NCBI GenBank assembly: GCA_965219445.1
Contig: CBDCNQ010000002.1
Coordinates: 608,001-672,000 of the forward strand
Direction: 5' to 3'
Origin: Longimicrobiales bacterium
GTDB taxonomy: Bacteria; Gemmatimonadota; Gemmatimonadetes; Longimicrobiales; Gaopeijiaceae
Length of the DNA stretch: 64,000 nucleotides
Position numbers and translations under genes: made by a program. Under the pieces are notes generated by a model, which saw nothing but the letters and a program-made list of their open reading frames with translations, was not told the DNA's origin and ran no database searches. This document shows positions 9,242 to 19,190 of the stretch, in pieces. Positions within the stretch are counted from its first letter, which is position 1; each line of letters begins with the position of its first letter.

Positions 9242-10486
9242 GTGAGGAAGAATATGGTGGGACCCGAGAGTGAGTCCAGCACGCCGACGTGGGAGTGCTT
9301 GGAAGCGCTGGTTCGTGAGAAGGCCCAGGAGATGGTCCAGCGGATTCTGGAGGAGGAAGTGACGGAGTTGCTCGGCCGGGAGAAGTCGGAGCGGAAGACG
9401 GTCGTAGACCCGGCGCCAGGCTACCGCAACGGCTACGGCAAGGCTCGGCGGCTGGCGATGAGCTCGGGCACGATCATGCTCCGACGGCCCCGGGTTCGAG
9501 GCATTGAGGAGCGGTTCGAGAGTCGGGTGTTGCCGTTGTTCGCACGACGGACGAAGGAGGTGGGTGCTCTGCTTCCGGAGCTGTATCTGCACGGGCTGGC
9601 GGAGGGAGACTTCGAGCTGGCGATGCGGGGCCTGCTGGGCGAGGGGGCCCCGTTGTCGAAGTCTTCGATTTGGCGGCTGCGGGCGGGATGGACAAGGAAA
9701 TTCGAGGAATGGTCGAAGCGCTCGCTGGCCGACCGTGAGGTCGTCTACGTCTGGGCGGACGGGATCTACGTGAAGGCGGGGCTCGAGCGGGACAAGGCAG
9801 CGCTGCTGGTGGTTCTCGGTGCGATGCGAGATGGTACGAAGGAGGTGTTGGCCCTGAGATCGGGCTACCGAGAGTCGGTCGAGTCCTGGTCCGAGGTGTT
9901 GCGGGATCTGAAGGCACGCGGCATCGAGGCGCCCCGGCTTTTGATGGCGGACGGCAACGCGGCGATCTGGGGCGCAGTACGGCAGGTATGGCCTGAGGCG
10001 GGCGAGCAACGGTGCTGGAACCACAAGATGAGGAACGTGCTGGACCGGCTGCCTCAGCGGGAGCAGAGCGAGGCGAAGGACCTTCTCAGGACCGTGGTCT
10101 ACGCACCGAGGCGGTCCGAGGCGCTGAAGGCCCGTGAGGCGTTCGCCAGGCGCTACAGACCGTGGTATCCGAAGGCGGTGGATGTACTCGAGGACGACTG
10201 GGAGCGGATGGTGGCGTTCTACGACTTCCCCGAGGACCACTGGAAGCATCTACGCACGACGAACGTGGTCGAGAGCCCCTTTGCCGCAGTACGGCTCAGG
10301 ACAACGGCGGCGAAGCGCTTCAAGCGGGTCGAGAGCGCTACGGCGCTGATCTGGAAGCTGCTCTTGGTGGCGGAGAAGCGCTTCAGAAGGCTCGACGCTC
10401 CTCACCTCCTCAAGGACGTATTTGAAGGAAGAAAGTTCGAAGACGGAAAGCCCGTCTCAACCCAACAGCGGAAAAACGCCGCCTGA
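9242..10486 (+). CDS. IS256-family (mutator-type DDE) transposase
   Basis: YRNGY, PRVR, LYLHGL, VYVWADGIY, MADG, QRCWNHK, LRTTNVVES motifs. Confidence 0.95.
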   Translation: MRKNMVGPESESSTPTWECLEALVREKAQEMVQRILEEEVTELLGREKSERKTVVDPAPGYRNGYGKARRLAMSSGTIMLRRPRVRGIEERFESRVLPLFARRTKEVGALLPELYLHGLAEGDFELAMRGLLGEGAPLSKSSIWRLRAGWTRKFEEWSKRSLADREVVYVWADGIYVKAGLERDKAALLVVLGAMRDGTKEVLALRSGYRESVESWSEVLRDLKARGIEAPRLLMADGNAAIWGAVRQVWPEAGEQRCWNHKMRNVLDRLPQREQSEAKDLLRTVVYAPRRSEALKAREAFARRYRPWYPKAVDVLEDDWERMVAFYDFPEDHWKHLRTTNVVESPFAAVRLRTTAAKRFKRVESATALIWKLLLVAEKRFRRLDAPHLLKDVFEGRKFEDGKPVSTQQRKNAA

Positions 10487-10516
10487 AACATTTACACACC
10501 TATTGACCCAACCTCC

Positions 10517-10624
10517 GTCGGTATCGGGCTGAGTGCAGAACTCGGGGCCCACTGGTTCAGTGGCCTCGTCACCGCAGGAGAAAATCAGGATCCCGATGGT
10601 AACCGAACGTGTGAGCGTACGCAT
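10517..10624 (-). pseudogene. 3'-truncated putative lipoprotein
   Basis: MRTLTRSVTIGILIFSCGDE with AGGAG RBS; cut by the IS256 right end. Confidence 0.45.
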
Positions 10625-10761
10625 GGCACACTCCTGGTGTGGGTCAATGCAACATACACAGTCCCGTCGTAGTGCGCCGATCTTCTGAACGCCCACATTC
10701 AACAACAAGCTGTCATGGAGCGGAGCAAGCAGGCATACGTCAAATGACGTAGCGATGGCCG

Positions 10762-11268
10762 TCAGATGACGTAGCGAGCGGATGCGCCCCCCGGGTGCCA
10801 CCCCTGAACGCGGCCCTCACCCTGCTCACTCAGTAGGATGTTACCGGGCTTGATGTCGCGATGGACGACGCCGTTCTCGTGCGCGTAGTCGAGAGCGCCC
10901 CCGACCTTCTGCGTGATCGCCAGTGCGTCATCCACACCGAGTTGCTTCTCGCGGTCGATGCGCTCCCTGAGTGATTCCCCTTCGATGTGGGGCATCACAT
11001 AGAACAGGAAGCCGTCGGCTTCGCCTGAATCGTGGAGCGGCAGGATGTGCGGGTGAGTCAGGTTCGCCGTGGTCGTGATCTCAGCTAGGAAACGTTCGGC
11101 TCCAACGACAGCAGCCAATTCGGGCTTAAGGACCTTGAGCGCAACCTTTCGCTGGTGCTTCAGGTCATCGGCCAGGTAGACGGTGGCCATGCCGCCCTCG
11201 CCGAGCTCTCGCTCAATGGCGTAGCGGCCTTCTAGGGCAGCGTTCAGGCGAGCGACTGGATCGGACAT
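10762..11268 (-). pseudogene. Truncated Hanks-type Ser/Thr protein kinase
   Basis: LGEGGMATVY, VALKVL, HRDIKPGNILL present. The sequence diverges before DFG, so the C-lobe is missing. Confidence 0.85.
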
Positions 11269-11459
11269 GGGCGCACTCCGGGATCAGACTGCGGTCAAGA
11301 TCCGAGAGCGGGGCGGTAGGCGCAAGCTGAGCCCTGTCACACGCCCAGAGTCGAGTTCTAAGTGTCGTCGGTGCTAGCGCCCCCTGACTCATACCCCCGC
11401 ACCGTGTGGAAAATGGCCCGGTCGAAGAAACGGACCACGAGCAGCTCGAGGTCGAGCTG

Positions 11460-11524
11460 CGGCGTGACATGGTGCTCGCGAGTTTTCGCGAGAGACCATC
11501 GAAGAGTTCATCCATGGTAGTCAC
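11460..11524 (-). pseudogene. Truncated Tat-signal protein start
   Basis: MDELFDGLSRKLASTMSRR, after which the sequence no longer resembles a signal peptide. Confidence 0.4.
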
Positions 11525-11590
11525 CTTGAGGAAATCATTTACTTCTTCCCCAATTTACCACCACGGGGCGGAGTACCCTCAGCTTATTTT

Positions 11591-12625
11591 TCAGGCCACA
11601 CCCGTCTCGGCCGAGGTAGCCATCAGCTTCTCGATGTCTTCCTTTCCCGTCGCGACGCGGCTAGCAATCGTGCCGTCCGGATCGACGAGTACCAGTGCCG
11701 GGGTGACGAAGACACCGTAGGCGTCAGCCACACCGTCCTCCTCATCGGAGAGTACGTCCTTCACGCCGAAGACCAACTCTCGGGCCCGCGCGGCCTGCTC
11801 CCACCCACTACCGAGCACGGCGATCCGGAGCGTCTCACGTTGTTCCCGTTGCCACCTCTCGACGTCGGGTGCCAGTGCCATGCACGGCTTGCACCTCGGA
11901 TCCAGAAAGATCAGCAGGACTTTCTTCCCATCGCCGCGGAGGTCGTCGAGGCTGACGGATCCGCCCGCCAGGGAAGGCAGTTGGAAGCCGGGGGCGACCT
12001 CACCGACCGGGAGGTCGCGCGCCTCCTTGATCGGGTTGAAGAGCTCGGGCACCGACGCGCCGGGTCCTTCCAGGGCATCCAGCCGAAGCAGAAGCCGACC
12101 CTGCTGCCGGATCAGGTGAAGGATGAGCCACCCCTGTACCGCCACGACGGCGACCACCCCAATCACAACGGAGAGTGTCACTACGTCCGAGCCGGCGGCC
12201 TGGGCGATGAGCGGGACGATGCTCGGCCCGGGGCCCGCCCAAACGACGAACCCCGCCAGCGCCAGCAACACGCCGTTCCGCATGAGCGTCGGCCACCCGA
12301 TCGGGCGCGTGTCGGTCGAACCGAAGCATCGGCAGGGTGGCCTCCGCCCCAGAAGGAGATTCACCCCGATCACCGCGGTGAACACGAATAGGAGGGTCAA
12401 CGCAGCCAAGGCTCCCCACGACGCCGAGCGGACAGGAAGGAGGACTACGGCCACCGCCAGTTCGGTGAGTGGAAGCAACGCCGCGACGGTGGCGGCGACC
12501 CGTTCCGGGACGCCGAGTTCCAAAGCCGCCTGCCGTGTGCCTTTTGGGTCAACCAGCTTCGCGCCAGCCGCGACGACGAAGACCGCGCTCAGCAGCACTC
12601 TGGCGACCACCAGTAATGGATCCAC
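11591..12625 (-). CDS. MauE/DoxX membrane domain fused to thioredoxin-like (MauD/TlpA) domain
   Basis: ARVLLSAVF..AGAKL, PLTEL, PCRCFG, RN; C-terminal APGFQL...CKPC...YGVFVTPALVLVD. Confidence 0.85.
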   Translation of the reverse strand: MDPLLVVARVLLSAVFVVAAGAKLVDPKGTRQAALELGVPERVAATVAALLPLTELAVAVVLLPVRSASWGALAALTLLFVFTAVIGVNLLLGRRPPCRCFGSTDTRPIGWPTLMRNGVLLALAGFVVWAGPGPSIVPLIAQAAGSDVVTLSVVIGVVAVVAVQGWLILHLIRQQGRLLLRLDALEGPGASVPELFNPIKEARDLPVGEVAPGFQLPSLAGGSVSLDDLRGDGKKVLLIFLDPRCKPCMALAPDVERWQREQRETLRIAVLGSGWEQAARARELVFGVKDVLSDEEDGVADAYGVFVTPALVLVDPDGTIASRVATGKEDIEKLMATSAETGVA

Positions 12626-12734
12626 CCGACTCTCCTGTGGACGATTGGTTTCCCGTCACATCCGTGAAAACGATGGAGCGCGGGGTCTTGCTTTCGGTTC
12701 GTATCGGGGGGTGATACGGACGTGCTTCGTGCAG

Positions 12735-12808
<74 letters not shown>

Positions 12809-12899
12809 TTGTGATGGACCTCAAGGTAATGCGCCCTCCAACTTCCATCCACGGGACAGGCCGGTCCTTCCCTTCCATCGATCCCTCCCATCGCTCGAG

Positions 12900-13616
12900 T
12901 CAGGCCTCCTCCGCACACTTCGTGAGAGCCGCCACATCCTTGGAGCTCAGCGTCTCCCACTCGCCAGGAGAAAGGTCCCCGAGCTTTACGGGACCGAATC
13001 GCACCCGCTTCAACGTCACGACGGGTAACCCGACCGCGTACATGAGCCTCCGCACCTCTCGCTTCCGTCCCTCGGTCATGACGAGCGTGAGATGTCCGGT
13101 TTCCTCGACCGGGTCGGCGACTTCTAATCGTACCGGACGGGCGAGGCCATCGTCGAGCACGACGCCCTCCCGAAGACGCGCGACATCCTCCTTGGACGGC
13201 AGGCCCTGCACGCTTAGTTCGTATTCGCGCTCCACCTCGTAGCCTGGGTGCTGAAGCCGGTTCGCGACGTCTCCTTCGTTGGTCAGGAGGAGCAGCCCCT
13301 CGGTGTCGAGGTCGAGCCGGCCGACGTAGCGGAGGCTGGAGTGCTCAGGAGGAAGCAGGTCGTAGATGGTGCGCCTTCCGTGGGTGTCCGCCGCGGTGCA
13401 CAGAACGCCCACAGGCTTGTGAAAGCGGATCCAGAGTGCGTCGGGGAGACGGACGGAGGTTCCATCCACTTCGACCTTGTCTCGGGATGGTTCGACCTTG
13501 GTTCCGAGCTCTGTAACCACGGTCCCATTGACCTGGACCCGGCCGTCCAGAACCATCGCCTCGGCCTTCCGCCGGGAGGCCACGCCAGCCCTGGACAGGA
13601 ACTTCTGAATCCGCAT
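12900..13616 (-). CDS. rluB: rRNA pseudouridine synthase (RluB/RsuA family)
   Basis: MRIQKFLSRAGVASRRKAE S4 domain, VGRLDLDTEGLLLLTN, EGRKREVRR; follows scpB. Confidence 0.9.
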   Translation of the reverse strand: MRIQKFLSRAGVASRRKAEAMVLDGRVQVNGTVVTELGTKVEPSRDKVEVDGTSVRLPDALWIRFHKPVGVLCTAADTHGRRTIYDLLPPEHSSLRYVGRLDLDTEGLLLLTNEGDVANRLQHPGYEVEREYELSVQGLPSKEDVARLREGVVLDDGLARPVRLEVADPVEETGHLTLVMTEGRKREVRRLMYAVGLPVVTLKRVRFGPVKLGDLSPGEWETLSSKDVAALTKCAEEA

Positions 13617-13631
13617 ACAGCGTTCTCATCC

Positions 13632-14345
13632 TCAGTCGGCGGCCGGGTCCTCCACTCCGTCGACCCGATCTTCGGCTGCGTCGGAAAGCACGTCGTCCAC
13701 ACCCGGCTCCGGCGCGTCCGCGTCGGCCTCCCTCCACTCCGCCTCCTCCCTCGACTCCGCCTCCTCCCTCGACTCCGCCTCCTCCGTCGGCTCCGAGCCC
13801 TCCAAATCTTCGAGCGGCGTCCGCTCCCTCAGGATTACGGGCAATTCCTCCTGGCGCGGGAGATCCTCCAGCAACCGGAACCCGAAGTGCTCCAGGAAGC
13901 GCTGGCTGGTTCCATACAGGAGGGGACGACCAAGGCCCTCGCCCCGGGCTACGACGGTGATGAGCGCACGGTCCTGGAGCGTTCGAATCACGCCCGCCGA
14001 ACTGACACCACGAATGTACTCGATCTCGATGCGCCCGATCGGCTGCCGATACGCAACGATGGCCAGCGTCTCCAAAGCCGGGCCGGAGAGCCGGGAAGGC
14101 TTGGGAATCGTGTCGAACCGTTCCAGGTAGGGTGCAAAGTCCGCCCTAGTGAGAAGTTGATAGCCCTCACCGAGTTCTCGGATCTCGAAGGCCCGCTCGG
14201 ATTCCGAGTACGCGGCGTTGAGCTCCTGGACCGCCTCCTCGATCAGATCTTCGTCGAGCGCCTCGTCGGCACGGGCGATCTCCTCCGCATTCAACGGCGC
14301 GTCGCTCGCGAAAAGCACGGCCTCCACGATCTGGGTCGGATTCAC
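13632..14345 (-). CDS. scpB: SMC-Scp complex subunit ScpB
   Basis: VEAVLFAS, LSGPALETLAIVAYRQP, IRGV, GRPLLYGT..FLEHFG..L.DLP. Confidence 0.95.
   Translation of the reverse strand: MNPTQIVEAVLFASDAPLNAEEIARADEALDEDLIEEAVQELNAAYSESERAFEIRELGEGYQLLTRADFAPYLERFDTIPKPSRLSGPALETLAIVAYRQPIGRIEIEYIRGVSSAGVIRTLQDRALITVVARGEGLGRPLLYGTSQRFLEHFGFRLLEDLPRQEELPVILRERTPLEDLEGSEPTEEAESREEAESREEAEWREADADAPEPGVDDVLSDAAEDRVDGVEDPAAD
13728..13785. repeat. 18-bp tandem repeat (about 3 copies) in scpB acidic tail
   Basis: CTCCCTCGACTCCGCCTC units encoding EEAESR-EEAESR-EEAEWR. Confidence 0.8.
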
Positions 14346-15151
14346 GGCGCCTCCAACGCGTTATCATTGGCCGCTCCCGGATCTTCCTTCCCCGCTGAGT
14401 CTTCACTCTCCCCGACCCCCGGATACATCCACAACTCCGAGAACATCTCAACCTGCCGTAACTTCACGCGCCGCCTCCGTGTGAGCTCCAGGCCCGCAAG
14501 CAAGGTCATGACGCCATGTAAGCGGCTCTTGAAGGGCCGCACCAGCCGGCTGAACTCGATCCGTCGCACCCGATTGAGCGTGCTGAGGATCAGGTCCATC
14601 TTGTCTTCCATCGCCACCGGACGGGTGGCCACCAGGTGCGTCCGAATTCCAGGATCTGGCGGAGTAACCAGGAGGGCCGCGGCAAATACCTCCTCCCAAG
14701 TCGTCTCCAAGGGCGTCTCTTCCATCGGCGGGCGTGGGCGCGGTTCCAAGAATCCCTTCCCGAATCTGCGAGCTCGCTCGGCCTCCGCAGTGGCCAGCCG
14801 CTGGCTGACATCCCGGATCTGTTCGTATTCGAGGAGGCGGCGGACGAGTTCGGCCCGCGGATCTTCGTCTTCCGTCTCTCCATGCCTAGGCAGGAGCATC
14901 TGAGTCTTGATGTGAACGAGCCCGGCCGCCATCTCGATGAACTCACCGGCATTGTCCAGATCCTTGGCCTCGATCCCTTCGAGGGCGGCCAGAAATTGAC
15001 GTGTGATCCGGGCGATCGGGATCTCGAAGACATCGATGTCCTGCTGGCGGATGAGGTGCAGTAGAAGGTCGAGCGGCCCCTGGAAGCGCTCAATGTCGAT
15101 GACAAGAAAGTCCTCCCGCTCGAGGGGACTCTCGATGACGGCTAAATCCAC
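14342..15151 (-). CDS. scpA: Segregation/condensation protein ScpA
   Basis: FQGPLDLLLHLI, IPIARIT.QF, EDPRAELVRRLLEY. A GTG start at 15151 is inferred. Confidence 0.92.
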   Translation of the reverse strand: MDLAVIESPLEREDFLVIDIERFQGPLDLLLHLIRQQDIDVFEIPIARITRQFLAALEGIEAKDLDNAGEFIEMAAGLVHIKTQMLLPRHGETEDEDPRAELVRRLLEYEQIRDVSQRLATAEAERARRFGKGFLEPRPRPPMEETPLETTWEEVFAAALLVTPPDPGIRTHLVATRPVAMEDKMDLILSTLNRVRRIEFSRLVRPFKSRLHGVMTLLAGLELTRRRRVKLRQVEMFSELWMYPGVGESEDSAGKEDPGAANDNALEAP

Positions 15152-15795
15152 AGTTCTATGAAGGTGTCGGCCAGGCCGAAGAGAGCGAAGACCGGCCACA
15201 GGATGATATTGAAGAAGGGGGGATAGAGAGAGGCGAGCACAATCAAGACCAGAATCCCGTAGCGGCCCGCTTGTTGGTAGGCGGCGCGCCATCCTCGAGG
15301 CAGGAAGTGGTACAACACATGGGAGCCGTCGAGTGGTGGAATCGGGACAAGATTGAAGAAGGCGAGGATCAGGTTGATGAATACGCCGAACCGCGCGGTG
15401 CGAATCAGGAAACCGAACGTCGATTCCCCCGCAGGCAAGGCGCCCTGAAGCTTGATGAAGACCACGACCATGAGCGTGAAGACTACCGCCAGAATCAGAT
15501 TCGACACGATTCCGGCAAGAGAAACACGGATGTCTCCACCCCGGAAATCCCTGAATTTCCGGGGATCGATGGGGACCGGTTTGGCCCACCCGAAAATCAA
15601 GCCACCCGGCAGCAGGTACAGGACCACCGGAACGATGAACGACCCTAACGGGTCCAGATGCGAGACAGGGTTGAGCGTGATGCGCCCTAGGGATTGGGCG
15701 GTGTCGTCACCCTCCTTGAGGGCCACCCACGCGTGCGCGACCTCATGAACAACGATCGAGAAAATGAGTACCGGGAGAACCGACAGAAGCAGCAT
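15142..15795 (-). CDS. Site-2 protease family (M50) membrane metalloprotease
   Basis: HEVAH, GRITLNP, FNLVPIPPLDG. Confidence 0.92.
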   Translation of the reverse strand: MLLLSVLPVLIFSIVVHEVAHAWVALKEGDDTAQSLGRITLNPVSHLDPLGSFIVPVVLYLLPGGLIFGWAKPVPIDPRKFRDFRGGDIRVSLAGIVSNLILAVVFTLMVVVFIKLQGALPAGESTFGFLIRTARFGVFINLILAFFNLVPIPPLDGSHVLYHFLPRGWRAAYQQAGRYGILVLIVLASLYPPFFNIILWPVFALFGLADTFIELWI

Positions 15796-15981
15796 GGCGG
15801 GAAGGTATCCGTGGCAGTGGGCAGCGGCTAGTGCGCCCCACCGGAGCCTCCATCCGGGATGGGCGGTCTCGTCCCTCCCTTATCCGCACGGTTCTTGATG
15901 GGGTCTTTCGTTTCGTCTATACTTTCCGCTAAACGCTGAACCCAGTCGTGGTCTAGAAGCCAGAGGGTCGAAAGAGCAGAG

Positions 15982-16236
15982 TTGCCGAATATCAAGAGTG
16001 CGAAAAAGCGCGTCAGGTTGAGCCGTGACGCCAACGCACGTAACCGCGCCGTGAGGTCCAGGCTCCGGACGGCCCTGAAGCGCGTCGAAAACGCCGAGAA
16101 CGCGAAGACGGCCGAAGTCGAGTACCGAAAGGTACAGGTCCTTCTCGACCGGGCGGCCACAGGCAGACTCCTCCATCCCAATACTGTGGCTCGGATGAAG
16201 AGCAATCTGGCCCGCAGGGTCGGCGTGATGAGCTGA
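15982..16236 (+). CDS. rpsT: 30S ribosomal protein S20
   Basis: MPNIKSAKKR...N...RSRLRT..K...LDRAA...LHPNTVARMKS. Confidence 0.95.
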   Translation: MPNIKSAKKRVRLSRDANARNRAVRSRLRTALKRVENAENAKTAEVEYRKVQVLLDRAATGRLLHPNTVARMKSNLARRVGVMS

Positions 16237-16239
16237 GAG

Positions 16240-17523
16240 TTATACCTCCCAGACGACCACACCCCCGACGATCGTATAGCGAGCTCGCCCCTTGAGCTCC
16301 CAGCCGTGGAACGGCGTGTTTCGGCTCTTGGACAGGAATGCGCCCCGGTCTACCGTCCAAGCTTCTTCCGGATCGATGATCGTGACGTCACCGGGCGAGC
16401 CGGCGGCCAACGTTCCCCCGGGCAAACCGAACGCCTGAGCCGGACCGACACTCATCCGGTGGATGAGCGTCGAAAGGTCGACGAGTCCCTCCTCCACCAC
16501 ATGCGTAAGCCCGAGCCCCAACGCAGTCTCCAACCCGATGATTCCGTTGGGTGCGTCCGCGAAGGCCTGCTCCTTTTCATCGTAATGGTGGGGAGCGTGG
16601 TCCGTCGCGAATACATCCAGAGTCCCATCGGCCAACCCCTCGCGGACCGCTTCCCGATCTTCCACTGAGCGAAGCGGCGGGTTCATCTTAGCGTCTGTGT
16701 CGAAGCCCTCGACACGCTCGTCGGTGAGGATGAGGTGGTGGGGGGTGGCCTCGGCCGTGACGCGCACACCCCGCGCCTTCGCCTGCCGGATGGCCTCCAC
16801 TCCGTAAGCCGTGGAGACGTGCTGGAGGTGGATGTGCCCCCCGGTGAGCTCCGCAAGAAACAGATCTCGAACGATATGGACGTCTTCCGAAGCGTTGGGC
16901 TTTCCGTGGAGACCGAGCTTGGTGGCGACAAGCCCCTCGTTCATGACCCCAGCACCCGACAGCCCGAGATCTTCTGGGTGATCCGCAACCGGAATGTCGA
17001 ACGCCTGGGCGTACTCCAACGCCTTGCGCATGAGCCCGGAGTCCATGACGGGGTTCCCGTCGTCGGTGATGCCCACCGCCCCCGCCTCGAACATCTCGCC
17101 GATGGCCGCGAGCTGTTTGCCCTCCTGCCCCACGGAGATGGCGCCCATCGGGTAGACCCGCGCTGCCCCTGCCGCCACACCCTGGGCGAGAACGAAGCCC
17201 ACGCCCGCCGGGTCGTCCACGACAGGGTCCGTGTTCGGCATTGCGCACACCGCCGTGAATCCGCCGGCCGCCGCTGCCATCGCACCGGTGGCGATCGTTT
17301 CCTTGTGCTCGCCCCCGGGCTCACGGAGATGGACGTGGACGTCGATCAGGCCCGGTGTCACAGCGAGTCCCCCCGCGTCGATTTCACGAGCGCCCTCGGG
17401 CGGATCGATCCCCTCGCCGACCTCGCCGACGACTCCATCCGCGATTAGGACGTCCCGAATGGAGTCGATCGATTGGCTGGGGTCGATGAGCCGTCCGCCA
17501 CGGATCAACAGCGGTTCGCTCAA
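16240..17523 (-). CDS. pyrC: Dihydroorotase
   Basis: [45 protein letters not shown] start overlapping the pyrB stop is inferred. Confidence 0.95.
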   Translation of the reverse strand: MSEPLLIRGGRLIDPSQSIDSIRDVLIADGVVGEVGEGIDPPEGAREIDAGGLAVTPGLIDVHVHLREPGGEHKETIATGAMAAAAGGFTAVCAMPNTDPVVDDPAGVGFVLAQGVAAGAARVYPMGAISVGQEGKQLAAIGEMFEAGAVGITDDGNPVMDSGLMRKALEYAQAFDIPVADHPEDLGLSGAGVMNEGLVATKLGLHGKPNASEDVHIVRDLFLAELTGGHIHLQHVSTAYGVEAIRQAKARGVRVTAEATPHHLILTDERVEGFDTDAKMNPPLRSVEDREAVREGLADGTLDVFATDHAPHHYDEKEQAFADAPNGIIGLETALGLGLTHVVEEGLVDLSTLIHRMSVGPAQAFGLPGGTLAAGSPGDVTIIDPEEAWTVDRGAFLSKSRNTPFHGWELKGRARYTIVGGVVVWEV

Positions 17524-18491
17524 ACCTCTGCTCCCCCCTTGGCCGCCTCGGCCGTGTCTGGCGCACCGCCCGCGAGCAGATAGAGAACCGCCATCCGAAC
17601 CGCTACACCGTTCGTCACTTGCTGCAGAATCAGGGCGTGAGGCCCGTCGGCCACGTCGCTGTCGATTTCGACCCCGCGGTTCATGGGCCCGGGATGGAGG
17701 ACCAGCAAGTCCTTTGGCGCCTGTTCGAGCTTGGTCCGGGAGACGCCCCAGACCTGATTGTACTCTCGCAAGCTGGGGAGGAAGCCTGCTTCCATCCGCT
17801 CCAACTGCAGACGGAGAACGTTGAGGACGTCGGCCCACTGGATCGCCTCTTCGATCCGCGAAAAGACGGTGACTCCGAGCTCGGCGATCCCTAACGGGAG
17901 CAGTGTCTTCGGTCCGCACACTGCTACCTCGGCGCCGAGGGCGAGGAGTCCATAGATATTCGAGCGAGCCACTCGGGAGTGGAGGATGTCACCCATCAGG
18001 CAGACCTTGAGTCCTTTGATTTTCCCGTAGTGGTCGCGGATGGTGAGAATGTCGAGGAGCGCCTGGGTCGGGTGCTCGTGGCTGCCATCCCCTGCGTTGA
18101 TCACGTTCGAGGGAATACGCTCGGCCAGAAACTTCGCGGCCCCCGAAGAGCCATGCCGGATGACGACCATGTCGATGCGCATCGCCTCGAGGTTTCGGGC
18201 CGTATCGACCAACGTCTCACCCTTCACCACCGAAGATCCACTCGACGTGATATTCACCGTGTCCGCGCTTAACCTCTTCTCGGCGAATTCGAACGACACC
18301 CGGGTGCGTGTGGAGGCCTCGAAGAAGAGGTTCACGATGGTTTTTCCCCGGAGGACGGGCACCTTCTTGATTCGGCGCTCCGAGATTTCCTTGAAGGGCT
18401 CCGCCGTGTCCAGAATGTTGAGAATCTGTTCGGCCGAAAGCGACTCGAGTCCCACGAGATCCTTGCCGAGAGGCGAATTCGGCTCGTTCAA
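17520..18491 (-). CDS. pyrB: Aspartate carbamoyltransferase catalytic subunit
   Basis: [32 protein letters not shown]. Confidence 0.97.
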   Translation of the reverse strand: MNEPNSPLGKDLVGLESLSAEQILNILDTAEPFKEISERRIKKVPVLRGKTIVNLFFEASTRTRVSFEFAEKRLSADTVNITSSGSSVVKGETLVDTARNLEAMRIDMVVIRHGSSGAAKFLAERIPSNVINAGDGSHEHPTQALLDILTIRDHYGKIKGLKVCLMGDILHSRVARSNIYGLLALGAEVAVCGPKTLLPLGIAELGVTVFSRIEEAIQWADVLNVLRLQLERMEAGFLPSLREYNQVWGVSRTKLEQAPKDLLVLHPGPMNRGVEIDSDVADGPHALILQQVTNGVAVRMAVLYLLAGGAPDTAEAAKGGAEV

Positions 18492-19024
18492 GCCTCCGCC
18501 TCCGATGAAACGGGCACGATGTCAACGCCCCAACGGCCATCGAGGTCCGGGACGGACACCTCCACGGACTGCTCGGGCAAAACCGTGATGACCTTTCCCG
18601 CGACGTTCGGTTGGATCGGAATCTCTCGGCCTCCACGATCGACCAGTACGCAGAGTGAAACCCGCGCCGGCCGACCCCAGTCCGTGAGTTCGTTGAGGGC
18701 TGCCCGGACGGTTCGGCCCGTGAAGAGTACGTCGTCGACGATCACCACCGCCCGCTCGTCCACACCCCCCTCGGGCAGGACCGTCGCACCGATCACAGGG
18801 CGTGGCCCAATAGCCATGAGATCGTCTCGATACAGCGTGATATCCAGGGATCCGATCGGTACGATGACGTCTTCGGCGCGTTCGATCTCGGATCGGAGCA
18901 GGTCGGCGATCTGGACGCCGCGTCGCTGGATACCCAGGAGGGTCAAATTGCCGGGTCCTGCGTTTTGCTCCACGAGCTCACGAGCCATCCGCGCGACGGC
19001 GCGACGCACCGCCTGTTCGTCCAT
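18488..19024 (-). CDS. pyrR: Bifunctional pyr regulator / uracil phosphoribosyltransferase
   Basis: [40 protein letters not shown]. Confidence 0.95.
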   Translation of the reverse strand: MDEQAVRRAVARMARELVEQNAGPGNLTLLGIQRRGVQIADLLRSEIERAEDVIVPIGSLDITLYRDDLMAIGPRPVIGATVLPEGGVDERAVVIVDDVLFTGRTVRAALNELTDWGRPARVSLCVLVDRGGREIPIQPNVAGKVITVLPEQSVEVSVPDLDGRWGVDIVPVSSEAEA

Positions 19025-19190
19025 GATCGAGACGTGCAGAGAGGAGCTCCTAGCCTAGGCCCGATTCCGTCGTGCAACACCCCCGACCAATCCCCAAAAG
19101 ACACCGGCGGGTGGGTGCAGCCCACTCAACGAAGGCGCCGGAAGGTAGACAAGGCTACAACGCTTTACAAGGACATCCCGCCCCGACATC

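Larger units (their letters stand above)
7539..10516 (+). mobile_element. IS256-family element whose left IR is interrupted by an IS110 element
   Basis: Joining 7539-7555 to 9146-9154 gives GGAGCTAGGATCAAAGGGTGTGTAAA, 21/26 identical to the reverse complement of 10491-10516. No target-site duplication seen. Confidence 0.85.

Noticed and set aside
7568..10249. Long alternative-frame ORFs (7568-9181, 8831-10249, and similarly 13248-14903, 19155-20642, 25734-27011)
   Set aside because: These are shadow ORFs of GC-rich genes with Arg/Pro/Gly-rich, motif-free translations.
10744..10777. 12-bp direct repeat ATGACGTAGCGA near the kinase truncation (also a 13-bp repeat at the ispG stop, about 25566-25591)
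   Set aside because: Too short and isolated to assign a function.
19030..19190. PyrR attenuator upstream of pyrR
   Set aside because: A hairpin (CCGGCG...CGCCGG) is present, but I found no PyrR binding-loop consensus on the coding strand.
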